DNA from: Eledone cirrhosa
Lineage: Eukaryota
Assembly (NCBI GenBank): GCA_964016885.1
Contig: OZ024742.1
Location: 200,694,001 to 200,758,000 of the forward strand
Direction of reading: 5' to 3'
DNA length: 64,000 bases
Shown here: positions 1 through 13,824 of the stretch, piece by piece
Layout of the letters: the number at the start of each line of letters is the position of its first letter
Position numbering within the stretch: position 1 is the first letter of the stretch
Program-made: the position numbers and the translations under genes
Notes under the pieces: model-generated
Told to the model about the DNA's origin: nothing
The model's input: only the letters and a program-made list of their open reading frames with translations
Databases searched by the model: none

Positions 1-228
1 GACTTTAAGGACATACAATTAACAAGGACTGTAAGTTTTTACATTAAAATGAGTGAATCGAAAAATAAAGCAGGTAGCAAAATAACACTAAATTCCCCAA
101 TAGATCGGGGCTGGGTTGGCACCACTCAGGAGCATCGAAGGGAACACCACATTTCCTGGATTTCCCTTATTGCCAAGGGTACCATAAACATGTGTTCCTC
201 TCTCCACAATTCGTCCCAGTCAATCATA

Positions 229-413
229 AATGTTTCTACATTTGGCACAAGGCCAGCAATTATTTCATTACGTTACTGGTACTTTATTTTATTGACCCCG
301 TAAGGATGAAAGGCAAAGTTAACCTCGGCGGGATTTGAACTCAGAATGTAAAGGGCCATAACTCTAAGTTGCAAAGCATGGTGCCTGGCGCTCTACCGAT
401 ACTACCAATCCAC
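229..413 (-). mobile_element. tRNA-derived SINE, family 1 (octopus-type); older decayed copies follow at about 414-1230
   Basis: B-box-like GAGTTCAAATCCCGCC followed by GAGGTTAACTTTGCCTTTCATCC...GATAAAATAAAGTACCAGT...GGCCTTGTGCC; the same consensus recurs more than 10 times in the window. Confidence 0.8.
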
Positions 414-1234
414 GTTTCTTATTTAGGAACAAGGTCAGTGATTTGGGGGCGGGACAGGCGACTAGTAAGTTACAACGACCCCAGTACATGAGTGGTATTT
501 TATTTTTATCGACCCCCAGAGGGGATGAAAGGTAAATTTCGACATCGGTAGTATTTGAACTGGGAACGTAAAGAAAGAGGCAGTATACATTCCCATTATA
601 ACGTAGTAACAATTGTGTCATTCCACTCAAACTGGACGCCTACATTATTTTATGGACGGATAAAAACCAAAGCTGACCTTAGCAAGATTTGAACTTAGAA
701 TACAATTAGCTGGTACAAACAGAGCATGTCCTGGCATTTTGCCCGACATTGACCAATTTGCCAATCCACCCACTCTGAATGGGTACTATGTTTTATAGAA
801 CCCCCAGGAAAGTGGTCTTATAAATACAAAGTTGACCACAGCGGGTTTCGAACCTTCGTTAGGATGGAATCATCCGTAATAAAATACCACAACATATACC
901 AATTCTTTCATCTACCAATTTATTTCAAGGACCGGAACTAGAATAGTTAGAGGGTCAGACAAAATGGTTTGTGGTCTTTATCTTTATATGTTCTGAGTTC
1001 AAATTCCCACGAGGTAAACTGTCTGTCATTCTTCTATGGCCGATATCGATAAAATAAAGTACCAGTCTATGTCAACGACTGTCCCCGGATCCACCAGGCC
1101 TTATGCTTGGATTAAAACTCATTTAATAAAGCCCACCAAAGTTAAAAAAGCCAAAACTGACGGACTTTGTACTTCGAACTGAGAATGTAAAGGACCGGAG
1201 CAAAATACACCAAGGCAAATGGTTCCACCGACAG

Positions 1235-1360
1235 AGATGTGATTAAGGTGTTTTCTTCGCAACCACGTGGTTTCGGGTTTAGTTTCACTGACTGTGCCTT
1301 TGGCTGTAGTTTCGCCCTGGGATTGAAATTTAGTAGATGGAATCTGTGTAGAAGCCCGTC

Positions 1361-1365
<5 letters not shown>
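1235..1365 (+). mobile_element. tRNA-derived SINE, family 3 (decayed); sister copies at about 28170-28335, 35338-35490 and 37190-37345
   Basis: TGTG(A/G)TTAAG A-box-like, GGTTCAGTCCCACTG B-box-like, shared GGAAACTG...AGAAGCCCGTC 3' part ending in a microsatellite. Confidence 0.65.
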
Positions 1366-1400
<35 letters not shown>

Positions 1401-1829
1401 ATATATATATATATATATGTGCGTGTGTGTGTATATATGTATGTATATATATATATGTGTGTGTGTGTGTATGTATGTATATATAAATATATATGTGTAT
1501 GTATGTATGTGTGAATGGGTGGGTGTATCAACATTTATTATTTATGCTTCCTAACTTAGCGGTTCGAGAAAAAAGATTGATAAAATAAGAACCGGACAAG
1601 AAAATAGCTAAAAAAAAAAAAAAACCATATACTAGCGGTGAAAAATCCCTTGAAGGTGGTGCCCCAGGAAGGCCTTAGTAAAAAAACTGGAACACGTATA
1701 TAAATAAAAAAAGGCGTTGTAAGCAGACGACAGCAGCTGAAGGAAAAGACAGAAGAGAGAAGAGAAATAAGAGGAGGAATATCACGTTTGTAAATAAGTG
1801 AATACTATAATAATAATGTCCCAACTTAC

Positions 1830-2030
1830 TACTTTGAGGATCTGTGAGATGCGTATACCGAGGCGTACAACCAGCCGGTTGTTAAGTCCAGCGGGCCTGA
1901 TGAGCTTATTGTATTGTTTAGTGAACATAATATGTTTATAGGCATCCTTTGATCCATTACTGGCCCTTAATCCAGGAACGTAGCACAGAAAAGCAGACAG
2001 AAGAAAGTTTAACACAAACCACACGTACAT
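1830..2030 (-). CDS. First coding exon of a nicotinic acetylcholine receptor-like (Cys-loop ligand-gated ion channel) subunit; gene continues beyond the left edge
   Basis: ATG at 2030-2028; hydrophobic signal peptide [20 protein letters not shown]; YNKLIRP and [13 protein letters not shown] match the nAChR N-terminal motifs YNxLIRP / VxLGLxLSQLIDV; GTAAGT donor at 1829-1824 in phase 0 directly after QILKV, the conserved nAChR intron position before DEKNQ. Confidence 0.88.
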
Positions 2031-2217
2031 CTTTTTTCACGACTCCTCTCTTTCTGTCTCTCTCTCTCACACCCTCTCTCTCTCTCTCACACCCTCTATC
2101 TCGATCGCTTTCACGTCGTCCGTTTGGCTTTCTTAATTTCATCTTACTCTTCTTCGTCTTTCATTTTTTTCGCTCTTCTATCTTCGCCATGCCGTTTATT
2201 GTTATTCTCATATATAT

Positions 2218-2373
<156 letters not shown>

Positions 2374-2463
2374 TATATATATATATATGTATATATGTAT
2401 AGATATAGATATCTAGATAGATATATATATATACATACATACATTCATATATATATATATATT

Positions 2464-2565
<102 letters not shown>

Positions 2566-2614
2566 TGTATTTATAAACGGCATGGCGAAAAATGTATACA
2601 TTTTTGGGGAATTC

Positions 2615-2655
<41 letters not shown>

Positions 2656-2660
<5 letters not shown>

Positions 2661-2735
2661 GGCGTCCTAAAAAATGTATACACACTTCAACAGCATCCAA
2701 ATCAAAGCGTGTATACGTTTTTTTGAAACACTCTG
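2656..2735. mobile_element. Short Tc1/mariner-type MITE remnant; related ends at 2590-2618 and 16563-16605
   Basis: Imperfect TIRs (GGCGTCCTAAAAAATGTATACAC / GTGTATACGTTTTTTTGAAACACTCTG) ending at TA. Confidence 0.45.
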
Positions 2736-2876
2736 TATATACAAATATATATGTGTGTATGCGTATATGGATGTATATATGCATGTATATATGTATATAT
2801 GTATATATGTATGTATGCATGTATGCATGTATGTATGTATGCATGCATGTATGTATGATTGTATATATGTGTATAT

Positions 2877-3075
2877 GGAGGCAGGTGGATCAATAGGGTT
2901 TCCGCTCACAATTCTAAGGTTGTGAGTTCGATCCACTACGGCGCATTGTGCCCTTGAGCAAGACTCTTTATTTCTGGTGTCACATCAATAGAATGCTCAG
3001 TCACTTGCGCGTTAATTTTAAGATCATTTTGTTCTGTTGTTCGAACATATGGATCTGACGGAAGTCCAACACATA
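2877..3075 (+). mobile_element. tRNA-derived SINE, family 2; minus-strand copies at about 54660-54795 and 61235-61357
   Basis: GGTTGTGAGTTCGAT B-box and TGTGCCCTTGAGCAAGACTCTTTATTTC body shared among the copies. Confidence 0.7.
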
Positions 3076-3194
3076 TGTTTAAGTACACATACATACATCC
3101 ATACATACATGCATGCATGCATGCATACATGCATACATACATACATTCATATATACATACATACATACTTACATTGACACACACACACACACAC

Positions 3195-3234
<40 letters not shown>

Positions 3235-3275
3235 TTCAAAATATTAACAAAAATAGACATTCGTGTGATCAAGTA

Positions 3276-3342
3276 TATTTTATTATACATATTTCAGAGG
3301 TACTGAGCTATCTTCAACAGTAGGTCCTCATCAGATAAAATA
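3276..3342 (-). ncRNA. Type I hammerhead ribozyme, family C
   Basis: UAUUUUAU-CUGAUGA-long imperfect stem II-GAAA-UAUGUA-UA^AUAAAAUA; stem I pairs perfectly. Confidence 0.65.
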
Positions 3343-3717
3343 AGATGATGCATGACATACCCTGACTTAGTAGATGGTTAAGATTCAGTAATGGTAGTGA
3401 ATAAGATATGACAAAACTCAATATTTATATACCTTAAGATTGAAACATGAAAAAAACTTTTATGATCGCAAACAATTTACTTTTTTGAATCTGGTTCTTA
3501 TTCTTATGATTCATGAAGTTTGATTTGTATATTTATAGTATATATGTATTACATGATTCTAATATAATAATTGATCTAAAACCTTAATTTTAACAATATT
3601 AACAGTACCTTATTTATTATATTATATTATATTGTGTATAACTGACTAATATCGTCTTGAACTTTAGACAATATATGCTTTGTATATATTTAGACAAATG
3701 CGTATATCTAATTTAAT

Positions 3718-3890
3718 AATTGTTTCTACTTTTGGCACAAAGCCAGCAATTACCCAGTACATTACTGGTACTTTATTTTATCGACCTCGTAAGGATGAAA
3801 GGCAAAGTTAACCTCGGCGGGATTTGAACTCAGATCGTAAAGGGACGTAACTGTGCTGGAAAACATGTCTGACCCTCTACCGATACTGTC
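3718..3890 (-). mobile_element. SINE family 1
   Basis: Matches the family 1 consensus. Confidence 0.8.
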
Positions 3891-4017
3891 AAATACCCTT
3901 TTTTAAGTTTAATTATAAGGCATTTAGATACTTTAGGGCATTCTAATTGATAGACTATCCAAGGAAAACTTGAACCGTTAAGGTATTTTCCTTGGTTATG
4001 TAAAAATTTATAAAACA

Positions 4018-4078
4018 TATTTTATCTGAAGAAAGCGTACCAAAGTTTTGGTACCTTTGAAATATATATAATAAAATA
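4018..4078 (+). ncRNA. Type I hammerhead ribozyme, family C
   Basis: UAUUUUAU-CUGAAGA-AAGcGUACCAAA/UUUGGUACCUU-GAAA-UAUAUA-UA^AUAAAAUA; predicted cut after 4070. Confidence 0.75.
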
Positions 4079-4231
4079 TATATGGTTTTATAAATATAGT
4101 TTCCATTTATTTAATTTCATTGAATATTATACTCCAGAAAACTTGTCGAGTGCTCGGAATCAGTTATAAACATTTATATTTGTTGAATTACCAACAAATT
4201 GAATATCCCTTCTACTTATATATACACACAC

Positions 4232-4266
<35 letters not shown>

Positions 4267-4479
4267 TGTATGTATGTATGTATGTATGTATATATACATA
4301 TATGTATATATATGTATATATACTTATATATATATGTATATATATAAATATATATGTAGGAGGTGAGTTTTATTGTAGTACAATAAAGCAATGCAAATAT
4401 CGGATAAGTAGCACTCTACAGTTTGTAGGACTGGAGTATAAATAATATAAGATCAAAAGATGGTTAAAAGAGTTCCAAG

Positions 4480-4550
4480 TATTTTATTATGCGCATTTCA
4501 AAAACAAATATCATCATGAGATGACATTTGCGTTTTCGTCAGATAAAATA
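4480..4550 (-). ncRNA. Type I hammerhead ribozyme, family C, inside a pLTR-like mini-element (about 4355-4635) with an inverted tail
   Basis: UAUUUUAU-CUGACGA-long stem II (GCAAAUGUCAUC/GAUGAUAUUUGU)-GAAA, palindromic AUGCGCAU, A^AUAAAAUA; flanks resemble the end of the Penelope element at 28.7 kb. Confidence 0.78.
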
Positions 4551-4715
4551 GGGATACATGATATAAAGGTTAAAAAACACTTGTGAATAGTGAAGTTTTG
4601 GAACTCTTTTAACCATCTTTTGATCTTATATTATATAAATATATATATTATATTAAGTGTAAGTAAGTGCCGTACTAAGAGTGAGAAATGAAATTTCGTT
4701 TCATTCTATTCCATT

Positions 4716-4765
<50 letters not shown>

Positions 4766-4925
4766 GCACATGTATGTGCACATATATATATATATATATA
4801 TATATATACTCATACATATACATATATATACATATGTATGTATGTATATATATATATATGTATATATATAATATATATACACATGTACATGTATGTGCAT
4901 ATATATGTATATTTATGTATATATA

Positions 4926-4957
<32 letters not shown>

Positions 4958-5366
4958 CATGCATATGAATGTATATGTATGTGTGTATGTGTGTTTATTT
5001 GTATATATGCATATATGTATGCATGTATGTATGTATTCAAGTATATGTTTACTATAAAAATACCTTTAATTTAGCCATTGTTTTGGTTCAAGGCAATATC
5101 GATTAGTGTTATGGCTATAAATATTTGTACAGTTTATTATCATTAACAGGTCATATTGTGGATGAGATGGAGAAGACTGAGCACGGCCACTCGCTTCTTC
5201 GCTCATCCTCTTGTCGATCGATACAGGTTTTACTGTGTGTGTGTGTGTGTGGGGGGGGGGGCTCTTCAGTGATTTGTTTCATAAGGGTCTTTTCATATTA
5301 CCCACTCTACTACTCCAGGTATCGAGTACTCTGGTGACCACCTGGTATTTTACCACACCCTTTCTG

Positions 5367-5430
<64 letters not shown>

Positions 5431-5510
5431 GGAAAAAATGAAACGAAATTTCATATACAACTTATATTTAAGTAACAGCCGTACCAAGAGTGAGAAATGA
5501 AATATACATA

Positions 5511-5549
<39 letters not shown>

Positions 5550-5551
<2 letters not shown>

Positions 5552-5730
5552 CGAAGGAAATATGGTAAGGAACCAGGTGGACCATAACGCACCAAAGTAC
5601 TCAATACTTAGGGTAGTAGAGTGGGTAATAGGAACCAGTAAGACCCCGACGGCTGAGCTCAAGCCGTTTCAGTCCAGAATTAGCCGTCGAAACGGCTTGA
5701 GCTCAGCCGTCGGGGTCTTACTGGTTCCTA
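5550..5730. repeat. Fold-back pLTR-like element containing the 3' half of a hammerhead; sisters at about 5280-5360, 38780-38900, 45175-45377, 50310-50440 and 51040-51130
   Basis: Hairpin 5629-5730; GAAA-CGGCU...AGCCG-UC^GGGGUC reads as stem III plus cleavage triplet; flanked by (TA)n. Confidence 0.6.
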
Positions 5731-5969
5731 TATATATATATATATATAAAGAATTAGTATATCTACCAACATATATATACAGATGCATACCTATGCTAGC
5801 AAATATATAGGTTTTATCTTAGTTAATTTTTATAATTTTCTTATTTTACGTCTTTCATATAATTGTTCTGCATCCCCTTGCATTGAACCACATAGTTACT
5901 AAGACAAAACCTATATATTTGCTAGCATAGGTATGCATCTGTATATACATGTTGGTAGATATACTAATT

Positions 5970-6002
<33 letters not shown>

Positions 6003-6009
<7 letters not shown>

Positions 6010-6482
6010 AAGTTTGTCCTCATCAGTGGCCATCCAACCGTCGTAGGCATTTCGTCGCATTAAAGGCCATATACCTTAGGTTGGTGCGAGCAACGGCTAA
6101 AAAAAAAGTCGTTGGGACACGTAAATAAAGGGGACGCTAGGGTAAACAGACAAAATGGTTTAAGCAGCAGAAAGCCCCTTCTTCCTCCCGTTAGACCTGT
6201 GCGAAATTCCTTCCTTGCTCACATTTCAACCAGGTTTGATGGTCTTTATTCTCTCGTTCACGATTCCACCGAATTTATATTCATAGAAATCTGGGACTTG
6301 TTTCCTTCTTCATCACTTTCTGCTGCTTAAACCATTTTGTTTGTTTACCCTAGCGTCCCCTTTATTTACGTGTCCCAACGACTTTTTTTTAGCCGTTGCT
6401 ATACCTGAGGTATATGGCCTTTAATGCGACGAAATGCCTACGACGGTTGGATGGCCACTGATGAGGACAAACTTTTTCATAT
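6003..6482. repeat. Inverted repeat (about 160-bp arms, 6003-6167 / 6321-6482) within (TA)n
   Basis: Arms are reverse complements with few differences. Confidence 0.85.
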
Positions 6483-6514
6483 GTAACCCATTTGCAGCGC
6501 CGCAGCTTCATTAT

Positions 6515-6551
<37 letters not shown>

Positions 6552-6631
6552 TATGTATATTTCATTTCTCACTCTTAGTACGGCTGTTACTTAAATATAA
6601 GTATGTATATGAAATTTTGTTCATTTTTTCC

Positions 6632-6708
<77 letters not shown>

Positions 6709-6731
6709 ATATATATATATAAATGTGTATA

Positions 6732-7504
<773 letters not shown>

Positions 7505-7959
7505 TGAATGTATATATGTGTATATGTGTGTATGTGTGTATGTTTATCAGTATACATTTATGTATTTATGTAAGAGGTGTGTGATTTGTTTCATAAGGTG
7601 TGAAAGCTTCCGTTTATGCTCTGGTAACGCAAGTTCAATAATACTACATACAGGAATCGCAAGATTCTAAAAACCTTCTCTAAGTACAAACCACTACCTC
7701 CCTACGGACAAATGATGCTGCATACCAGCTCCGAACACGGAAGAGCCGAACTCCGACTGTCATCGCCTCCACCTTTCTCGCCCTCCCCATCTGTCTGTAT
7801 TGTGTACGTGGTGAAAATGACAAGAATGTATTTTTCTCATCTCAGCATGAGCCTGTATGCCTGAAAAAGTTTGTTTTTGTGGAGAAGACAGTTGCCCTCA
7901 GTGGCCCGAATGAATGCGAGTTTCTTCGATCACCCCTTTTATGAAGTTCTCTTCTATAA

Positions 7960-8265
7960 GCAATTCTGTTTCATATCCTTACGGGGTCGATAAAATAAAG
8001 TACCAGTAATGCACTGGGTAATTGCTGGCCTTGTGCCAAAAAGTAGAAACAATTATGTATATTATGTAAGGGCGGTGAATTGGCAGAATCGGTAGAGGGT
8101 CGGACGCCATGCTTTCACGCATAGAGTTACGGCTCTTGCCATTCTGAGTTCAAATCCCGCCGAGGTTAACTTTGCATTTCATCTTTACAGGGGTCGATAA
8201 AACAAAGTACCAGTAATGCACTGGGATATGTACTGGCCTTGTGCCAATAGTAGAAACAATTATGC
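7960..8265 (+). mobile_element. Tandem SINE family 1 copies (partial 7960-8055, full 8067-8265); another at about 8650-8830
   Basis: AAGGGCGGTGAATTGGCAGAATCGGTAGAG A-box head, B-box and consensus body. Confidence 0.8.
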
Positions 8266-8397
8266 TTATTGTATATTCCTCCATCTCAACTCTACTTTAG
8301 AAAAGCAGAAGAACTGCGAAACCGGTAAAGGAACCAAATAAATATATATATATTTAAAAAAAAGACTCCAGTTGCATTTTCGATTTCATCTTTTTTC

Positions 8398-8521
<124 letters not shown>

Positions 8522-8827
8522 ATAGACCTCCACACTATTCTTTCAATCATTAACCACCATTTGACAGTGGTAAACCAAACTCTATGTAACTTGCCCTTGC
8601 AGTGTCCATTCATCTGGTACCCTTGTAGCATATATATGAAATCATTATTTGGCAGAATCGATAGAGCGTCGAACACCCTGCTTCGTGGCATAGAGTTACG
8701 GCCCTATACCTTCTGAATTCAAATCTCACCGAATTGATAAAATTAAGCTAAAGTTACACATGGGGTCGATTTAATCGACTTTCCTCTCCCCCAATATTGC
8801 TGGCCTTGTTCCTAAATCAGAAACCAT

Positions 8828-9034
8828 TATTATCATCATCAACATCTTCGTTGGTGTCGCCGTCATGATGATGATCATCATCATCATGATCGACATGATG
8901 ATGAGTGAGGACCATCATCATCTTAATCAGTAACATTTATATAAATAACACTGAATTGGCAATATATATTTTCTTACTTGTTGTTACTAAATAATTTTTG
9001 CATCAATATCTTCATCATAGTCACCGTTATCATC

Positions 9035-9066
<32 letters not shown>

Positions 9067-9265
9067 TATCATAATCATCATCATAATCATCATCATCATC
9101 ATCATCATTATCATAATAATAATAATAATAATCATCCTCATCATCATCATCATAATTATCATCAATATCATCGTCAATAACATCATCAGTATCATAATCA
9201 TCAACATCGTATTTATCATCAACATCATCATCAATAACATCAGTATCACCATTATCATCATAATC
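8828..9265. repeat. Imperfect (CAT)n microsatellite
   Basis: Directly visible; explains the poly-I, poly-H and poly-M ORFs. Confidence 0.95.
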
Positions 9266-9779
9266 AGAAGCTATTGTCTGGCTGACTCACGTGTGTCGGG
9301 TGGCCCGGATCTCTGGATAAGCGCCTAAGTAATGACAAAAGGGAGTGATTATCCATATTTTTAAAATGGGAGACATGACCATCTCCAGATATAACAATGT
9401 ATCAACCTCACAACTACTCACTAATGACAAGATAAAGACATACGGAGACACAAGAACTAAACCGATAAAACAAAACACTGGTAGGACACACACAGGTAGG
9501 ACAAGCAACACTTACAAATAAATTTAAAAAATTAGTATATTAAAATAGATAAATAAATATAGCTTCTGACTATCTTATCGCATTAATTTCATGTTGTATT
9601 TTAACTTTAATTTTAATTTTAATTTTATCCTCTTTTGATATGACTGTAATCTTTAAATGTATACTGCCACGCTAAATGTTATAATGGATGTCGACCCACC
9701 AAGCAACAATATATGCATATGTTTCTGTATGTCTCTTGGGTTGAAAAGGAGGTCATGTATGTAATCAATCATTAATAAA

Positions 9780-9828
9780 ATGCTCTGAAGAATCCAAACC
9801 TCGGTTTGGAGGAAACAATTGTATGCAT
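9780..9828 (+). ncRNA. Type I hammerhead ribozyme (singleton)
   Basis: AUGCU-CUGAAGA-aUCCAAACC-uc-GGUUUGGAg-GAAA-CAAUUG-UA^UGCAU; palindromic stem III ACAAUUGU; U.U mismatch next to the core. Confidence 0.65.
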
Positions 9829-10320
9829 ATAAATGATTTGAACAGAACTTTGATTCATATAACTTATAAATAAATATATATATATATAAGTAAAAAAATA
9901 AATTTTAAATAATCCTTTTTATTTCATTTTATTTTATTTATTTTTTACCTTAAATTTCATTTTTGCGAGAAGGCCACTCTGGAAAACACGTGGTTGATAC
10001 AACACCCAATTATCTTGCGTCTGCTTATCATTGGAATCTGGTTGTTGAGGACAGCATATGTGTAGTACAAGCATATACTGCTTTTATCTCTTTGTACAGA
10101 TCTCTTCAAAGTCATGCAGCGATGAGGAAGTGGCGACGTATACAGACCTAACGAGTTGGAGGTATACAGTTGCTAATCTACATGTAGGCGGGTTAATGTT
10201 TATTTAACGACGTTGCAAGTTTTCAGAATAGGAACTGGCTTGAGCGGACGCTTTTGTGACTGAGTAGCTCTTTCAAGGGAGAACACTGCTCATCCAAATC
10301 TTGGGAGAGGTCTAGTAAAG

Positions 10321-12722
10321 GTGACCCCAAACATTGTTTGTTCTACCATCAAACTAGTCAGCTACATGCGGCTGGCGGCTGTTGATACAAGTAGGAAAAA
10401 CAGAAAGAATAGTAATTTTCAGATGAATTTTGAAAAGGATAGAATTACGTTGAATGTTGCTACATGGAATGTTAGAACACTTCTTGATAAGGAATCATCC
10501 ACAAACCCAGAACTCAGAACTGCTGTTGTCGACAGAGAATGAAACAGGTATACTATTGATATAGATGCAACCTATGAAACCAGTCTTAGTGGTGAAGGTC
10601 ATTTAACAGAAAGGGGTGTTGACTATACGTTCTCTGGAAAGGGAAACCAATTGGAGAGAGAAGAAATAGAGGAGTAGGTTTCACTGTCCAATCGACGGTC
10701 ACTAAGCGGCTAGAGCAACCACAAGGCACCGGTGATTGAAATATGCATCTGAGATTTCCTCTTTCAAGGGGGCGTTTCATGACTGTCATTTCAGTGTACT
10801 CTGAATATTAGCCAAGAATCAATCATAGCTTTTTACCAATATTTACTCTTCGAGATTTCAATGCACGTTTGGGCAAGATAAATACTAATGGTTATATCGT
10901 TTTGCAATTATGCACTAAGCTTATTTTATGGAACTTGGGAACAGTTACAAAAAACATGTTTACAGTGTCGGGGTTGATGTACTCGGTCTCAAGAAGACAT
11001 AATACCGAATGTAGTTTGATGATAATGATGATGTAATCCCCATGCTTTTGAGGAGAAGAAGCTGTATGCGATGTGTCTTGATGGAGACGATCCACAGAGG
11101 ACAACTTTTGAGAAGGCCTTCACAGAAGCAAAGTTAAAACTGTATTGTAAAACTCGAAAGATGAAGAATAGCTGATGGTCTGAAGTTTCAGAAAAGATGC
11201 AGAGGACTTATAGCAGCAGAGACTTGAGGGCATTATACCGAGCATTTGTCGACCTTACTAAAGACTTCTATACTGTTAATAGTAGTTCATTGTGGGTCAT
11301 TTTGAGACAATAAATACCCTTCTGAATTTGTTGGAATACTCAATAAACCACATCAAAATATGAAAGCAAAAGTGAATTTCGGTGGGACACTTTCAGGGTC
11401 AATTTAAGTGGAAATCATTGTCAAGCAGGGTGACATACCTACACCCTCTCTGTTCCCTCTCTACGTCGCATTGCTGCTGGCATATATATATATATGCATT
11501 CAAAGACTTCGAAATCGGTGTATACTTGCGATTGAGAACCTCTGGCAAAGTCTTTAATCCAAGACATTTTAACACCAAGTCCAAATCATTTAACACTCTT
11601 TTCAGGTAGTTCATGTATGCTGATGATGCAGATTTTTTGGCTCACAGTAAAGAACATGCAGTTGATATTGAACACCTCCAACGCATGCACTGTATTTGGG
11701 CTAAATATTAGCATCGAGAAGACACAGGCCATGTACATTCCACCAGTTGGGGAAGTGTATGACATTCTCGTGGATGGAAGTGGTGGACAGCTTTGTGTAT
11801 CTCGGAAGTACTCCTAGTAGAGATGGTATCCTCGATGCTGAAATACATCAGGATTGCAAAAGCGAGTTTTCACTTGGGATAGCTTGAGAAGCGAGCCTGG
11901 TTAGATCGGGGTATCACGAGACTCACAAAAATCTCTTTGTATGAGGCCAGCGTTCTTACAGCCCTGCTATACGGGTGCAAAGCGTGAACAACTTACAGGC
12001 ATCACATTAGGCAGCTGGAAACATTTCATCATCATTGTATCCAATGTGTCATGAATATCAAATGTTCCTCTTACGCACCTGATACTTCAGTATGTGAGAA
12101 AGCAGGCAGCACCAGTATTGGGAAGAGGTCAATAATGAACCAGATGCGTTGGGCATGTGATCAGGATGGAATATGGAAGTTATCCCGAAGCAGAGACAAT
12201 TTTAATGTTCTGGAGATTGATATGGATAACTTCGAGGCATTGTTTGAATGCCATACATCATGGAGAAAGACCATCAAGTATGGACGTGATATCTTTGAGC
12301 AAAAGTGAGTGGCGTATACTGCTTTGAAGCGTTCTCTTCCTAAGCGGCACCTACGTGTAGTGCATGCAACAATCCTGGCATTGAGTTGCAATATACGTGG
12401 ATGATTTCTTCTATCAAGAGCTGGATTTGTTAACCATTTAAAGTCACACGAGCCAGCGAGAAATCTAGCCAGTATTGAGATGGTTCTACCGCCATGTCTT
12501 CCGCGGTACATTTGCAAAGTGTGTGGCTTAAATTGCAAATCAGTTGGTGGACTGACCAGATATGGCAAACTACATGAAGACACACCCCAGTCGTTAGTGC
12601 CAGGAGGCAGAGAGTTCAAGGGTCACATCTATGAACGGGCTTGCAAAAGAAAAGCTCGTCTGAAAAGTCACCTGCGTGCACATGATCGTGCAATGTTGAA
12701 TGAAGGGATGGCCCTTTTCTGA
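10321..12722 (+). mobile_element. Decayed, internally deleted RTE (BovB-like) LINE: AP endonuclease, RT and C-terminal C2H2 zinc fingers, followed by a (CA)n tail
   Basis: LNVATWNVRTLLD...RTAVVDRE and ETSLSGEGHLTE (endonuclease); AFVDLTKDF and MYADDA (RT); CKVCGLNCKSVGGLTRYGKLH; many stops and frameshifts. Confidence 0.85.
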
Positions 12723-12774
12723 CAAGAAGTAGCAATCAACACACACACACACACACAAACATCTCTCACACACG

Positions 12775-12847
<73 letters not shown>

Positions 12848-13254
12848 TAATGTGCGTGAAATTGCACAACACCAAGTTGGTTGACGAGGGAATTGTGCAG
12901 TTGGCGGTTCGTTTTATGCAACTGTGTGTATTTGTTTCAGATGGTACTTTATATATATATATATATAATTCTCTATATTTATCTCCAAATTATTTATTTG
13001 TTGAGCAAACCTGCCAAAACCACTACTAATTCATTGGTGTGGTAGTAGGCTTCTGTCATCTTACCATCCCACTCCTTCCGACTAGCCTCAGTGTCACGTG
13101 ATTGATTCTTTAGAATCTGCCATTTGACCAGAGACAGCATGCTTTTCAGTGCATGGAATCCATTCCCCGCTAGCTGTTCCATCTACCGAATTATTATTAT
13201 TTTTATATGAGTCCCCAGTGTCCGCGCATTGCCTGGAGACTTAGCTGAGAATAG

Positions 13255-13336
13255 ACTCCCTGATGACGTAATGAATTCTCGACGGTTATATTACGTAACT
13301 GTCTTTATCCCATTACAGAAACTAATTAGTTGGAGT
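13255..13336 (+). ncRNA. Type I hammerhead ribozyme with a large stem II insert (singleton)
   Basis: ACUCC-CUGAUGA-cGUAAUG...CAUUACa-GAAA-CUAAUUAG-UU^GGAGU; palindromic stem III. Confidence 0.7.
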
Positions 13337-13394
13337 GAAAATTTTAGTAAGTTAATTTTTTAAATCTTTTTAAAAATTTTTCTTATTTTACGTC

Positions 13395-13458
<64 letters not shown>

Positions 13459-13658
13459 CCAAAGATTAATATGGTTCATTCATTACTCAATAAATATAGT
13501 TTTACAATAGATTAAAAGCACTCGACAACGAAGTTTTCTGTAGTTATTAATATTATTCAAAATATTAATAAATGAAGACATTCACATAATCAAAATACTG
13601 CCAATACTGGAATTGAACCATCAAAACAGTTGAGGTATGTCATACATCAATTCATATA

Positions 13659-13720
13659 TTTTATCTGATGAGGACGTACTGAAAAAACAGCACAGTACCT
13701 CCGAAATATATATAATAAAA
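13659..13720 (+). ncRNA. Type I hammerhead ribozyme, family C, in a fold-back element (13552-13597 is the inverted copy of 13722-13770)
   Basis: UUUUAU-CUGAUGA-GGAcGUACUG...CAGUACcUCC-GAAA-UAUAUA-UA^AUAAAA. Confidence 0.75.
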
Positions 13721-13762
13721 CATATTTTGATTATGTGAACGTCTTCATTTATTAATATTTTG

Positions 13763-13824
<62 letters not shown>

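Noticed and set aside
1-1823. Next nAChR exon (DEKNQ-like) inside the window
   Set aside because: No acceptor plus matching peptide found; the region is mostly SINE fragments
1782-1829. C-terminal VSWDIIIIVFTYLQT of the receptor ORF
   Set aside because: Intron read-through after the GTAAGT donor
8067-8165. tRNA gene calls for A/B-box sequences (also 48520, 54720 and 61290)
   Set aside because: No complete cloverleaf; each continues into a repeated SINE body
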